Positions 49,058 through 59,171 of a stretch of 64,000 nt of DNA are shown here, piece by piece (the stretch's first letter is position 1; the number at the start of each line of letters is the position of its first letter). The position numbers were made by a program, and so were the translations under genes. A model generated the notes under the pieces. The model was not told the origin of the DNA. It saw only the letters and a list, made by a program, of their open reading frames with translations, and made no database searches. This DNA comes from Ignavibacteriota bacterium. GTDB lineage: Bacteria; Bacteroidota; Ignavibacteria; UBA10030. Location of the stretch: the NCBI GenBank assembly GCA_963701295.1, contig OY969585.1, positions 608,001-672,000 on the forward strand, written 5' to 3'.

Positions 49058-50557
49058 TTACTTTGTCCTAAACCTATCGAACAAGGCGTGCAAACCGATC
49101 TCAGATTTTTGTGACAATTGCCTGAGGCAGAGGTACGTTACAGGGACTAAGACGACAATATTGATCGCCCATTCAACAATAGGGCTGACGTTGAGACTGC
49201 AGTTGAGCATCAGGCTCACCATAACGGCGCTCGCAAGAAGTACTAGTTTAAGAGTGCGATAGGTCCAGTTGGTGCCAGCCACCCTGCGTACCACAATGAG
49301 CATCAGCGCAGTGTAGAAAACATAGAGAGTCAGGAAAGCGATCCCAGTACCAATGAGTCCCCAAATCAACGCGAAATAGTAAGTCGCTCCAACAAGCAAA
49401 ACGCAAGCAAAAAGTTCGGTGAGGAAGTACAATTGTCCTTTCCCTTTTGCCAGTATTATGAAGCCCAGCGGCCATGAAAAGACACGACCGAGAACGCCGA
49501 GAATGCTCCAACGCAGTATAGGAACAGCAGCCATAAAGGATTCGGTATAGAAGACACGGATGACTAGTGGTGCGAAGACCATCATCGCCGCTAAGCCCGG
49601 TAGCGAGAGTAGTATAGATATCTCCGCTTGCTCGTTAAACATTCGGTGAACTTTAACATTGTCGCTGGATGCGGCTGTAAGACGTGGGTAGTAATCGGTC
49701 CCCATAGCGCCGAGCACAAAACCTACAAGGATACCAGAGAGGCCGAATGCTGACTGATAGATGCCGACATCATTGAGACCGAATTGACGGATTAAAAAAA
49801 TCCGGATCAGGTAATTCGACAACTGTGCAATGAGACCTGCACCTACAAAGCTAAGCCCTAACGCTAACAGTTGGCGCGCCTCATCACTTGCAGCATGCCA
49901 CTTCAATGCAATAGGCATAATCGGTACGCGGCGTGCAAACCACCACGATGTTATCAACGAAGCTATCGCATAGAGGATCAGGCTGACAACAATTCCCTTT
50001 AGTCCCCAAAAATAGTAACATGGGATACTAATAAGTGTACCGTAAACTGTACCGAGGACACTAATTTTGGCAATGTCGCCGATCCGTCGAGTCCCTTGCA
50101 GTACACAACCCTGGCCAGAAGCAATTGCACTGAGAAGGATAGTGATTCCAAGAAACGCGATGGGCAGCGCATACGAGTCGCTATTAAATGTGATCGTTGA
50201 GATCGGGATACAGAAGAGGATCATGACCAGCATCCCGACGCTACCGGTTACCCAGACTGTCCTTCGCAGAGTGAACACCGTTCGGGAAATTCGTACCTCA
50301 TCGCCTGTACCGACTGCTTCGGCAATTTGACGAACCCCGCTGCTCCCGAGCCCCATCCCTGACATCGTACCCACCACTGATGTGATCTGACTATAAGTCC
50401 CTATGAGACCGACGCCGGTCGGACCGATCAGCAAGGCAACGAACTTCGTGCGCACCATCGAGATCAGGATATTGATAATCGATGCACCACCGATCAACGA
50501 AGTTGATTTCAGTATACTTCGGTAGCTGCCACTATTGGATTCATTTTGCGAATCTAC
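49058..50557 (-). CDS. wzx: Wzx flippase, copy 2 (start codon uncertain)
   Basis: Colinear and highly similar to copy 1. Homology extends 20 codons upstream of the TTG at 50497, to a GTA codon at 50557. Confidence 0.85.
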   Translation of the reverse strand, partial: VDSQNESNSGSYRSILKSTSLIGGASIINILISMVRTKFVALLIGPTGVGLIGTYSQITSVVGTMSGMGLGSSGVRQIAEAVGTGDEVRISRTVFTLRRTVWVTGSVGMLVMILFCIPISTITFNSDSYALPIAFLGITILLSAIASGQGCVLQGTRRIGDIAKISVLGTVYGTLISIPCYYFWGLKGIVVSLILYAIASLITSWWFARRVPIMPIALKWHAASDEARQLLALGLSFVGAGLIAQLSNYLIRIFLIRQFGLNDVGIYQSAFGLSGILVGFVLGAMGTDYYPRLTAASSDNVKVHRMFNEQAEISILLSLPGLAAMMVFAPLVIRVFYTESFMAAVPILRWSILGVLGRVFSWPLGFIILAKGKGQLYFLTELFACVLLVGATYYFALIWGLIGTGIAFLTLYVFYTALMLIVVRRVAGTNWTYRTLKLVLLASAVMVSLMLNCSLNVSPIVEWAINIVVLVPVTYLCLRQLSQKSEIGLHALFDRFRTK

Positions 50558-50620
50558 TAAAATCTTTATTCCTATAGTTATGATTCGTGATGGAATTATT
50601 CACGTTTGTTTTGATCACAT

Positions 50621-51724
50621 TTAAAATTGGCACGATGCCCGAATGGCAGAAATCACCGATTCTGCTTGTCCAAGATTCATATTTGGTCCCATAGGCAGGC
50701 TCAACACCTCGGCATGAATTTTCTCTGTAATCGGAAAAGCACCTCGCCCATAGCCAAGTCCGTTGTAAGCTGGCTGCATGTGCGGCGGGATAGGATAATG
50801 AATCATCGTCCCTATGCCACGTTCAGTCAAACGGCGTGCTAATTCATCTCGATTCGGGTGCCGAACAATATATACATGCCATACAGATTCACAGCCCTCA
50901 ACCACAGTAGGTAACACGAGATCTTTTATCCCTCCAAGCCCATCGGAATACGCCTTTGCAATTTTGTTCCTCAGGGAATTGTCGCCATCAAGCAGAAGTA
51001 ACTTGGCGCGTAAAAAAGCAGACTGTAACTCGTCAAGACGTGAGTTGAACCCTTTCGCTTCATTATGGTACTTGATACGCGATCCGTAGTTGCGTAATAC
51101 ACGGATCTTATCGGCCAACTGAGAATCGTTGGTAGTTACTGCTCCACTATCTCCAAGCGCTCCCAGATTCTTGCCCGGATAAAAGCTGAAACCTGCTGCA
51201 TCGCCAAGCGAACCTGTCCGCTTTCCGGCATATGCTGCACCATGAGCCTGAGCAGCGTCTTCCAATATTTTTATTCCGTACCGTTTTCCAATTTCGGTTA
51301 TCTTTGACATCTCAGCTGCCTGCCCATAGAGGTGAACTGGAATAATAGCTTTGGTTCGTGGTGTAATAGCAACTTCAATCAGCTCCGGATCGATATTGAA
51401 AGAACTCTCACGGGGTTCCACCGGGATTGGCGTTGCTCCTGAATATGTTACAGCCAGCCAAGTTGCAATATAAGTATTGCAGGGCACAATCACTTCATCA
51501 CCCGGCCCGATATTCCATGCTCGCAATACGAGATGTAATGCCTCAAGACCATTTCCGACGCCGATGCAATGCTGAACACCACAGAAAGCTGCAAATTCGT
51601 TCTCAAAAGCCTCGCATTCCTTGCCAAGAATGAACCAACCACTTTCTAACACCCTGTCAAGTGCTTGATGAAATGCTTCACGTTGTCGGAGATTAATTGT
51701 TTTAAGGTCAAGAAAGGGAATCAT
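50621..51724 (-). CDS. fdtB: dTDP-3-amino-3,6-dideoxyhexose transaminase (FdtB/QdtB-like)
   Basis: MIPFLDLK start after AAGGA. Motifs [29 protein letters not shown] and NSRLDELQ. Overlaps the wxcM-like gene. Confidence 0.85.
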   Translation of the reverse strand: MIPFLDLKTINLRQREAFHQALDRVLESGWFILGKECEAFENEFAAFCGVQHCIGVGNGLEALHLVLRAWNIGPGDEVIVPCNTYIATWLAVTYSGATPIPVEPRESSFNIDPELIEVAITPRTKAIIPVHLYGQAAEMSKITEIGKRYGIKILEDAAQAHGAAYAGKRTGSLGDAAGFSFYPGKNLGALGDSGAVTTNDSQLADKIRVLRNYGSRIKYHNEAKGFNSRLDELQSAFLRAKLLLLDGDNSLRNKIAKAYSDGLGGIKDLVLPTVVEGCESVWHVYIVRHPNRDELARRLTERGIGTMIHYPIPPHMQPAYNGLGYGRGAFPITEKIHAEVLSLPMGPNMNLGQAESVISAIRASCQF

Positions 51725-52664
51725 TTTTTCCTTTTTGTTGTTTGGCATATTCTAAAAAATGATTGTAATCACGGATATAGTCATTTGCATCGTAGGGATG
51801 TGACATCAGAACGACCAACACTGCATCTTTTGAATATTTGTATTGAGTCGTCCAAACACAGGGTTGGACATGTATACCAAGAGAGGGAGTGTCCAACTTC
51901 ACCTCTGCTCTGTTGAGACCATCATCTAACTGCACAACAATTTGGCCTGCAACGCAGAATAATAATTCATGACATTCTTTGTGCGCATGCTCTCCTCGAA
52001 CTTCTTTTGACGGAACATCAAATACCCAGAAACATCGTTTGACGGTAAACGGTAAATCTTTCTCGAATTCAACAACTGATAAACTCCCTCGGAGATCTAC
52101 AAATTTAGGTAATTTATAAATACAGCATCCACCGACACCCGTATCGATTCGCTTGTCTTTATCCACATCGGAGATGTTTACTGTAGAGAACTTCGTCTGT
52201 GTTGTAGAATCATATCCATTAATTACACCCGGATTTCCAACTACAATTGCATTGGGAGGTACATTACGCAAAACGACCGATCCAGCGCCGATCATAGCAT
52301 TCATGCCTATTGTCACACCGGGCAGTATGGTGGCGTTCGCGCCAATAGACGCACCTTGATGGATCGTCGTTAATAAGAGCTTGAAGTGTTTTTTACTTCG
52401 TGGATATAAATCGTTCGTGAATGTAACGTTCGGCCCGATAAAAACATCATCTTCAATACGCAATCCATCCCAAATCTGCACGCCCGATTTGATCGTCACA
52501 CGATCGCCAATTACAACATCGTTTTCAATCAAGCAATGAGAACAAATATTTACATCGTTCCCGATACGTGCACCGGGCAGGATAACTACATATTGCCAAA
52601 TGCGGGTACTGGATCCAATGGCCTTGGTCTGGACATCAGCGAGTGGATGAATAAAATTATTCAT
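51708..52664 (-). CDS. wxcM: Bifunctional N-acetyltransferase / 3,4-ketoisomerase (WxcM-like; FdtC+FdtA)
   Basis: N-terminal hexapeptide domain ([15 protein letters not shown]) fused to a cupin (DLRGSL, RGEHAH). Confidence 0.88.
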   Translation of the reverse strand: MNNFIHPLADVQTKAIGSSTRIWQYVVILPGARIGNDVNICSHCLIENDVVIGDRVTIKSGVQIWDGLRIEDDVFIGPNVTFTNDLYPRSKKHFKLLLTTIHQGASIGANATILPGVTIGMNAMIGAGSVVLRNVPPNAIVVGNPGVINGYDSTTQTKFSTVNISDVDKDKRIDTGVGGCCIYKLPKFVDLRGSLSVVEFEKDLPFTVKRCFWVFDVPSKEVRGEHAHKECHELLFCVAGQIVVQLDDGLNRAEVKLDTPSLGIHVQPCVWTTQYKYSKDAVLVVLMSHPYDANDYIRDYNHFLEYAKQQKGKNDSLS

Positions 52665-52860
52665 ATTTTTTTCTTTCGATGCTGAGTCGTTGAGTTCATT
52701 AATCGTAATACAATCATTGGCATTGGGGATCTAATGCCCCCACCAATATTAAAAAGTCGATTTCGAGATGATGGTGGGAGTAACCAGAAGATTGGTTGGC
52801 AGCGCTACTGCCTGCGCCCCAAACTTGACAAAAGCACTCCAGAGGATTTTCCAAAAATAA

Positions 52861-53778
52861 TTAGTCGGCTTTTCTTTTCTGCATCTTGCTTCGTATGAGC
52901 CAATTGTCGTAGTCGGAATACAATTTGATTAACGAGCTGTTAAAATATATCCCACACAACTCAAAATATTCGTTTATTGGAACAGAAAAAAATACTTCAA
53001 TATATGCAGGGAGATTTGTATTGATAAACTTCGAATTATAGGCGTTCAAACCTTGAGAATAATGCACATAATCTCTCACCACATTTTGCGACTTCCATAA
53101 TCTATTTAATCTATTCTTTGATTCCATCACATTCGATATATCGATTGCAATATTAGGAATTAAATCCGACCAAACTTGATATGCCCATATTTCACATTTC
53201 ATACTTGTCAAGTGAGGCTTTGCATTCCAGAAGAGATGATTCGCACGCCGATGTTCGGGATGATTGTCCAATAGAAATGGAATAAATATAATATCAGGAT
53301 TCTTTTGTTTGATGAGATCTGCAAAGAATGCTGCATTTGTCATATCAATAGGAGTGCCCCCATCAGGATATCTAAGAAAAATCGGGTCACCCCCGATCAT
53401 TTTCCATACCTCTCTTGCCTCTTTCTCACGACATAAAAGCATTTCACGTTCGGGAATTTTGCTGGATGCGAGAGAACCATCTGTAATATAAACACAAGTT
53501 ATTTTCGCTCCTGCGGCGGCAGATTGAATCAGCGTTCCACCTGCGCCAATCGTCTCATCATCTTGATGAGGAGCAATAACAAGAATCCGTTTTCCTTGTC
53601 CTGGTGCTTCCCGTACCAGCGTGTTTAGATTGATTTTAAATCGATCGGTTGTAAGGACTTTTACACACGTATCGATGTCACGGATTGAAATCAAATCTCT
53701 GACGACCCATTTGTATGACCTTCTTCCCGCAAACCAACGAATTCGCCTCAATAGATACTTTTTGATTCCTTCAATCAT
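52861..53778 (-). CDS. PIG-L/LmbE-family deacetylase
   Basis: Motifs APHQDDETIGAGG, TDGS, R..EA, PDG and HPEH. Confidence 0.85.
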   Translation of the reverse strand: MIEGIKKYLLRRIRWFAGRRSYKWVVRDLISIRDIDTCVKVLTTDRFKINLNTLVREAPGQGKRILVIAPHQDDETIGAGGTLIQSAAAGAKITCVYITDGSLASSKIPEREMLLCREKEAREVWKMIGGDPIFLRYPDGGTPIDMTNAAFFADLIKQKNPDIIFIPFLLDNHPEHRRANHLFWNAKPHLTSMKCEIWAYQVWSDLIPNIAIDISNVMESKNRLNRLWKSQNVVRDYVHYSQGLNAYNSKFINTNLPAYIEVFFSVPINEYFELCGIYFNSSLIKLYSDYDNWLIRSKMQKRKAD

Positions 53779-53929
53779 TTTCCTAATAACCCCACTGTGA
53801 TTTGGTTAACGTTTGAGTATTAGTGTAGGATGTCAACAGTTATTGAATCGTAAAGGAGCAGATGAATAAAAAAGAATTGTCAGTCGGGAATCAACGTGTG
53901 ATAGTGCATCGCCTTTGGTATTTATGCTC

Positions 53930-55984
53930 TCAGCGTATTACCGTCATTGAACGTGTTTTGGAAAATGATCCAGACGTGAATTTATAATAGTAAACACCGC
54001 TTGATACTCCTCCAGCGTTCCACTGGAACTGGTGAATTCCAGACGAATACACACCTTGCGCAAGTGTTTGTATTTCACGACCAAGGACATCAAAGACTTT
54101 CAGGGATGCATACCCGTCAATCGGCATTACGAACTCGATGATCGTGCTCCCATTGAAAGGATTTGGAAAGTTTGGTATAAGAGAATACTTCAGCTGCGTA
54201 GCACTGGTCGGTTGGGTTCCCACTGTCACACGCACACTGTATTGAGCAGTTCCGAGAGACGAAGTAAGTGTAAGCACGAATGTCGTGGTAGTATCCACCT
54301 GTATTGTGTCTCTGCCTATCGTTGCCACGGAACCGATATTGGGACTGATTGAGGCAGAATTTGCATCATTGGAAAACCAGTTGAGTATAACGGTACCCCC
54401 ATTTTTAGGAAGAGTATCCGGTGTAACAGCAAATGTTCCCGTCACACCTGTGGAGCCCGATTCAAATCCTGTGGCTTTCTGGAAGTCTGCAAGAGTATAG
54501 TAAAATATTTCATTAGGGAATGGAGTCGCACAAAATCTTCCCGGACTGTGGAAATGGTTGTTAATGGACGTGACGTTATGCACAACATCAAATTTGTCTA
54601 AGTTAGTATTTGATTGCGTCCCTGTAACATTATTTCCTTCGAGTAATGCTGTACCAGTTCCCAACATAGTAGCAACACCAAGTCCTGTCGCTACTGCGGT
54701 TATCGTATTATTGTAGACATGAGTTTGTCCAGACCCTCCCAAATTTTCCACCGTTCCAGCTTTACAAAGAATGACACTTATTGCCGGCCCAATGCCGCCA
54801 TTGGTTGTGATAAGGTTATCATGAGCCACCCATTGCTCACCATGCAAATAGATTGCGCCTTGAAGGTTTGTAAATGTGCAATATTGAACAGTGTCTCCAT
54901 AATTCAAATACGTATCTACGCCTGAGTCAATGATATTCTCCACGAGACAATGATCCGCAACGCAGGAAGTGTCGGATTCAAAACCTAACCCGCACTGCTC
55001 ACCGCCCTGTGAGATCCCTAATACCCCGTCCATTTCGTTGTTTACTGTATCGTAGGCAAATTTATTGCGAACCCCAAAATAATCATACACTGCGGTTCTG
55101 CTTGTCGAGTCCACATAACACGAATCAATAAGACAATCATGGGTGCCGGTGGAAAGGAACATGGCTTCATTCATACAATTCAACGTCTTGATATGCCGCC
55201 AAATCAAATGGTCGCCCGTGAGAGCTTTCAGTGCCGTCCGGTAATTTCTAAACTCTAAGTTCTGTACGGTGACGTAACTTCCATCTGCAAAACTACCCTC
55301 TCGGAAGATGTGTAGTTGTCCTGGTGCATTGCTGTCATTTGTCCTTACCCATATTGTGTCTGAACCGCCAGCACCTGGGCCATAGCTTGAAGCCACAAAG
55401 CTATCCAGAAATTTCCTTAGGCTATCGGCATTGGACAAATAAAACTGAATCTCTCCCTCTTGATGTGTCATTTGCTGCCACGCGCCTGAATAATACTCAT
55501 ATCCATACGTCTCCACCGTGCGTCCGCACCACGTTTTGTAATAACCAACTCGCCCGGGAACGGCTGTCCATGTATGAAATGACATATCTCCATAGATTAT
55601 CGGTTTCCCACCTGTGCCATACGCATCTATCACTATACGATTAGATGATGTTCCTGTGAATGTTTGAGATATCTCTCCTTCAAAAACGTCTCCCCGTTTA
55701 AGCAAAATATGATCCCCCGCATTGAAACTTGACCGCGATATTTTGGTCAATGTTTGCCACGGAGTCGTTGTGGATGTCCCATTGTTCCCATCATTCCCAC
55801 TCGATGAACTAACGTAATACGTCGTCTGAGCAGACATTGGAACACGATTTAACATCAAAAGAACCATTATGAGGATTCGTTTCACTGTAACCATGCTCTT
55901 TGATCTCCCAGGCCACAGCTTCGGCTGCCGTCTTTCCTGGTAAAATTCCTGGATACTCGAAAGGAACATACTGTGATGATTCAT
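53930..55984 (-). CDS. Secreted right-handed beta-helix (pectin-lyase-like) protein with T9SS-type C-terminal domain
   Basis: TYYVSSSSGND..NGTS...PW.T, GD.ILLKRG, AYGTG.KP, Asn/Thr-rich stacked repeats and PNFPNPFN...SGVYYYK. The ATG at 55984 follows AGGAG; an alternative start at 55894 precedes the hydrophobic signal. Confidence 0.75.
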   Translation of the reverse strand: MNHHSMFLSSIQEFYQERRQPKLWPGRSKSMVTVKRILIMVLLMLNRVPMSAQTTYYVSSSSGNDGNNGTSTTTPWQTLTKISRSSFNAGDHILLKRGDVFEGEISQTFTGTSSNRIVIDAYGTGGKPIIYGDMSFHTWTAVPGRVGYYKTWCGRTVETYGYEYYSGAWQQMTHQEGEIQFYLSNADSLRKFLDSFVASSYGPGAGGSDTIWVRTNDSNAPGQLHIFREGSFADGSYVTVQNLEFRNYRTALKALTGDHLIWRHIKTLNCMNEAMFLSTGTHDCLIDSCYVDSTSRTAVYDYFGVRNKFAYDTVNNEMDGVLGISQGGEQCGLGFESDTSCVADHCLVENIIDSGVDTYLNYGDTVQYCTFTNLQGAIYLHGEQWVAHDNLITTNGGIGPAISVILCKAGTVENLGGSGQTHVYNNTITAVATGLGVATMLGTGTALLEGNNVTGTQSNTNLDKFDVVHNVTSINNHFHSPGRFCATPFPNEIFYYTLADFQKATGFESGSTGVTGTFAVTPDTLPKNGGTVILNWFSNDANSASISPNIGSVATIGRDTIQVDTTTTFVLTLTSSLGTAQYSVRVTVGTQPTSATQLKYSLIPNFPNPFNGSTIIEFVMPIDGYASLKVFDVLGREIQTLAQGVYSSGIHQFQWNAGGVSSGVYYYKFTSGSFSKTRSMTVIR

Positions 55985-56176
55985 GGAATCTCCTTTCACT
56001 AAAGCTTTATGAATTACTAAAAAAATTCCATTTCCAACTGAACTAAAACAATCACGCACTCCTTACGTATTCACATTTGCAATCGATGATAGATCAACAA
56101 CCCTACGAAATTCACTCAAAGTGCATTACAATTGACAGGAAAAGAATAATCGCGATACTAAATAGTACATTTAATC

Positions 56177-57211
56177 TTATTTGATATTCAACGAACAAAA
56201 CCACTCAACAGTTTCCTTCATTCCGCTCTTTACCACGTGGGAAGGAAGGTATCCCAACAATTCTTTTGCTTTTGTGATATCAGCTTGAGAATGTCGAACA
56301 TCACCTGGCCGAAAGGAACCAATGTTTGGCTCTATAGATTTGATCTTCTGGTCATACTCTCCCAACAAGTCCCTTATCATAAAAAATAATTCTTTTAGTG
56401 TTGTCCTGCCGCCGACTGCAACATTATAGACCTGATTCACCGCACTTTTATTCTCTATCGTAGCAGCCAGAATATTTGCCTGTATCACATTATCGATGTA
56501 ACAGAAGTCTCTGCTTGTTTCTCCATCACCATAAATTGTCGAGGCTTTTCCATCCAGCAGTTCACCGATCCATTTGGGAATCACGGCTGCATAAGCTCCG
56601 TCGGGATCCTGTCGCCGACCAAAAACATTGAAGTAACGTAAACCGATGGTCTCAAATCCGTAACAACGGGCAAATACATCGGCATAGAGTTCGTTGACAT
56701 ATTTTGTAACCGCATATGGAGAAAGAGGCTTCCCTATCTTATCCTCTATTTTTGGAAGACCAGGATGGTCTCCATAGGTTGAGCTGCTGGCGGCATACAC
56801 AAACCGTTTCACCTTATTGTCGCGAGCAACAACCAGCATATTCAGCATACCAGTAATATTATTTTCGTTCGTAAAAATTGGGTTCGCAATCGATCGCGGC
56901 ACCGAACCAATAGCAGCCTCGTGCAAGACAAAGTCGACATCTGTGCAGGATTGCTGACAGGTCTCGAGATTCCGGATATCTCCTTCGATGAAATTGAACT
57001 GGGACCACTGCTTTTCACTGACTAGCGATTTTACATCGTATAGATTTTTTTTATGCCCAGTTGAAAAATTATCCAATCCGATAACGACCTGATCGAGCTT
57101 CAGGAGTTGCTCGAGAAGATTGGAGCCGATAAAACCTGCCACACCGGTCACGAGCCATCGCTTTGGCTCCTTTTTTAATTGTCGTATCATTTCTTCGTAC
57201 TTCGTCGCCAT
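56177..57211 (-). CDS. wbpP: UDP-GlcNAc/GlcNAcA C4-epimerase (WbpP/TviC-like)
   Basis: Motifs [36 protein letters not shown] and [22 protein letters not shown]. Confidence 0.9.
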   Translation of the reverse strand: MATKYEEMIRQLKKEPKRWLVTGVAGFIGSNLLEQLLKLDQVVIGLDNFSTGHKKNLYDVKSLVSEKQWSQFNFIEGDIRNLETCQQSCTDVDFVLHEAAIGSVPRSIANPIFTNENNITGMLNMLVVARDNKVKRFVYAASSSTYGDHPGLPKIEDKIGKPLSPYAVTKYVNELYADVFARCYGFETIGLRYFNVFGRRQDPDGAYAAVIPKWIGELLDGKASTIYGDGETSRDFCYIDNVIQANILAATIENKSAVNQVYNVAVGGRTTLKELFFMIRDLLGEYDQKIKSIEPNIGSFRPGDVRHSQADITKAKELLGYLPSHVVKSGMKETVEWFCSLNIK

Positions 57212-57338
57212 ATAACCTTCTCAATGGTTTATTGATCAATGTGCCATCTTTATCTGTCTGTTTTATTGTTTATAAATATGTTTCAACAAGCCAATATATT
57301 GGCGCTACTCGCGATACGATAAAGTGCAAGCCTTTTGC

Positions 57339-58646
57339 CTATGCTTGATGTACGAACGATATACGATGGTCAGCAATATTCCGTGTATTGAGGATGGGGA
57401 TATTGAAAGATGTGAAATCAATTTTTTTATATTCACTGTGGGCTGTTGCTATAAGGATAAGATCATACTTGTTATTGACATCAACGGATTTTTTTCCCGC
57501 ATAACAAGACCACTCTCGTGAAGGTCGAATCATCGGTACATAGGGATCATTATAGCTGACGATAGCCCCATGTTTTTCTAACTTCTCCATCAAATGATAG
57601 GATGGTGATTCACGATCGTCATCGACATTTGCCTTATATGCCAAACCAAGGATCAAGATTTTCGAACCTTTGAGCGGTTTTTTGTACTCATTCAGTACTT
57701 CCATCGCTCGCTGTACAACAAAGTCCGGCATCGCGCTGTTAATTTCTCCGGCAAGTTCGATGAACCGCGTTGTCATTCCGTACTCGTGCGCTTTCCATGT
57801 GAGATAGAACGGATCTATCGGAATACAATGTCCACCGAGCCCCGGTCCCGGATAGAATGGCATAAAACCGAATGGCTTTGTTTTCGCGGCATCGATGACT
57901 TCCCAAATGTCAATCCCCATTTTCATCAACGTTACCTTTAATTCATTTACTAACGCGATATTAACCGCACGAAAAATATTTTCCAGCAGCTTTGTCGCCT
58001 CCGCTGCCCTCGTATTCGAAACCGGGATGGTCCGAACGACAACTTGCTGATACAATTTCTCTGCGACAACCAATCCTTCGTGTGAAGTTGCACCGACTAC
58101 TTTAGGAATCGTTTCCGTGCGGTAATCTATATTGGCAGGGTCTTCACGTTCCGGCGAAAATGCAGCAAAGAAATCCCTGTCCACTTTCAATCCCTTCTCC
58201 TCAAGAATGGGAATCATCACTTCATCGGTCGTACCGGGATAAGTTGACGACTCTAGAACGATCAATTGTCCTTTTCGTATATAGGGGGCAATTGCTTTAC
58301 ATGATGCAACAATATACTGGACATCCGGTTCACGATTTTTATTCAGAGGGGTTGGCACTGCTATAAGGATGACATCGCATTCACGCGCACGAGCGAACCC
58401 TGCCGTCGCAGAAAACAATCCACTCTTCACGGCTCTTTGGATACGCTCCGACGGAATATGTTTGATATATGATTCACCACGCATCAGGGCATCGATTTTC
58501 TTCATATCAATGTCGAGCCCGATTGAAGTGAAACCCTTTTCGGCGAAACAGAGAATTAATGGAAGACCAACATAGCCGAGACCGATGACCCCAATCACCG
58601 CTTTTTTCTGTTCAATTTTTTGAAAAAGTTCTTCGTGGATTGTCAT
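57339..58646 (-). CDS. UDP-N-acetylhexosamine 6-dehydrogenase (WbpA/TviB/WecC family)
   Basis: Motifs GLGYVGLP, VPTP, ESSTYPGTT, SPEREDP, KLLENIFR, GGHCIPIDP and DDRESP. Confidence 0.9.
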   Translation of the reverse strand: MTIHEELFQKIEQKKAVIGVIGLGYVGLPLILCFAEKGFTSIGLDIDMKKIDALMRGESYIKHIPSERIQRAVKSGLFSATAGFARARECDVILIAVPTPLNKNREPDVQYIVASCKAIAPYIRKGQLIVLESSTYPGTTDEVMIPILEEKGLKVDRDFFAAFSPEREDPANIDYRTETIPKVVGATSHEGLVVAEKLYQQVVVRTIPVSNTRAAEATKLLENIFRAVNIALVNELKVTLMKMGIDIWEVIDAAKTKPFGFMPFYPGPGLGGHCIPIDPFYLTWKAHEYGMTTRFIELAGEINSAMPDFVVQRAMEVLNEYKKPLKGSKILILGLAYKANVDDDRESPSYHLMEKLEKHGAIVSYNDPYVPMIRPSREWSCYAGKKSVDVNNKYDLILIATAHSEYKKIDFTSFNIPILNTRNIADHRISFVHQA

Positions 58647-58655
58647 AAAAAGTAT

Positions 58656-59171
58656 TTATCCTCTGCTGGTTTGTATTGCTTTCAAAAGTTCTGCCGGTAC
58701 CTGGACCGAAACAGATTGCTCTATCGCAACAATTGATACAACTACGCGTGCAACTCCTTGCATCCGAGTAACGATCCCCTCTAATCCGATCAACGGTCCC
58801 GCGGTTACTCTTACCCGCTCGCCGACATTGAGATACTGCTCGCGTTGCATTTCTATAGGCCCGCTGACGATCCGTCGAAGCCACTCAATTTGCGATTCTG
58901 GAATCGATGACGGTTTGTGATTGATCCCAACAAACCGAACGACACCGTCAGTTATCAGAATTTCTTCTTTGTCTCGCAGGTCGGTCTTCACGAATACATA
59001 TCCACGAAAGAGCGGTTCCTGAATCTTTTTCTTACGGTCACTCCAGATGTGCACTTCTTCGATGAGAGGGAGAAAGGTTTCTACTTCTTTTTTCCCTAGA
59101 TCCTCGTACACTTTTTTTTCATACCTGCTGCGGAGATAAAGGGCATACCATTGTCTACTGACACCGATCAT
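58656..59171 (-). CDS. upxY: UpxY/RfaH-type NusG-paralogue antiterminator
   Basis: Motifs WYALY.RSRYEKKV, WSDRKK...PLF.GYVFV and a KOW motif GERVRVTAGPL.G.EG. Located near the head of a polysaccharide operon. Confidence 0.9.
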   Translation of the reverse strand: MIGVSRQWYALYLRSRYEKKVYEDLGKKEVETFLPLIEEVHIWSDRKKKIQEPLFRGYVFVKTDLRDKEEILITDGVVRFVGINHKPSSIPESQIEWLRRIVSGPIEMQREQYLNVGERVRVTAGPLIGLEGIVTRMQGVARVVVSIVAIEQSVSVQVPAELLKAIQTSRG

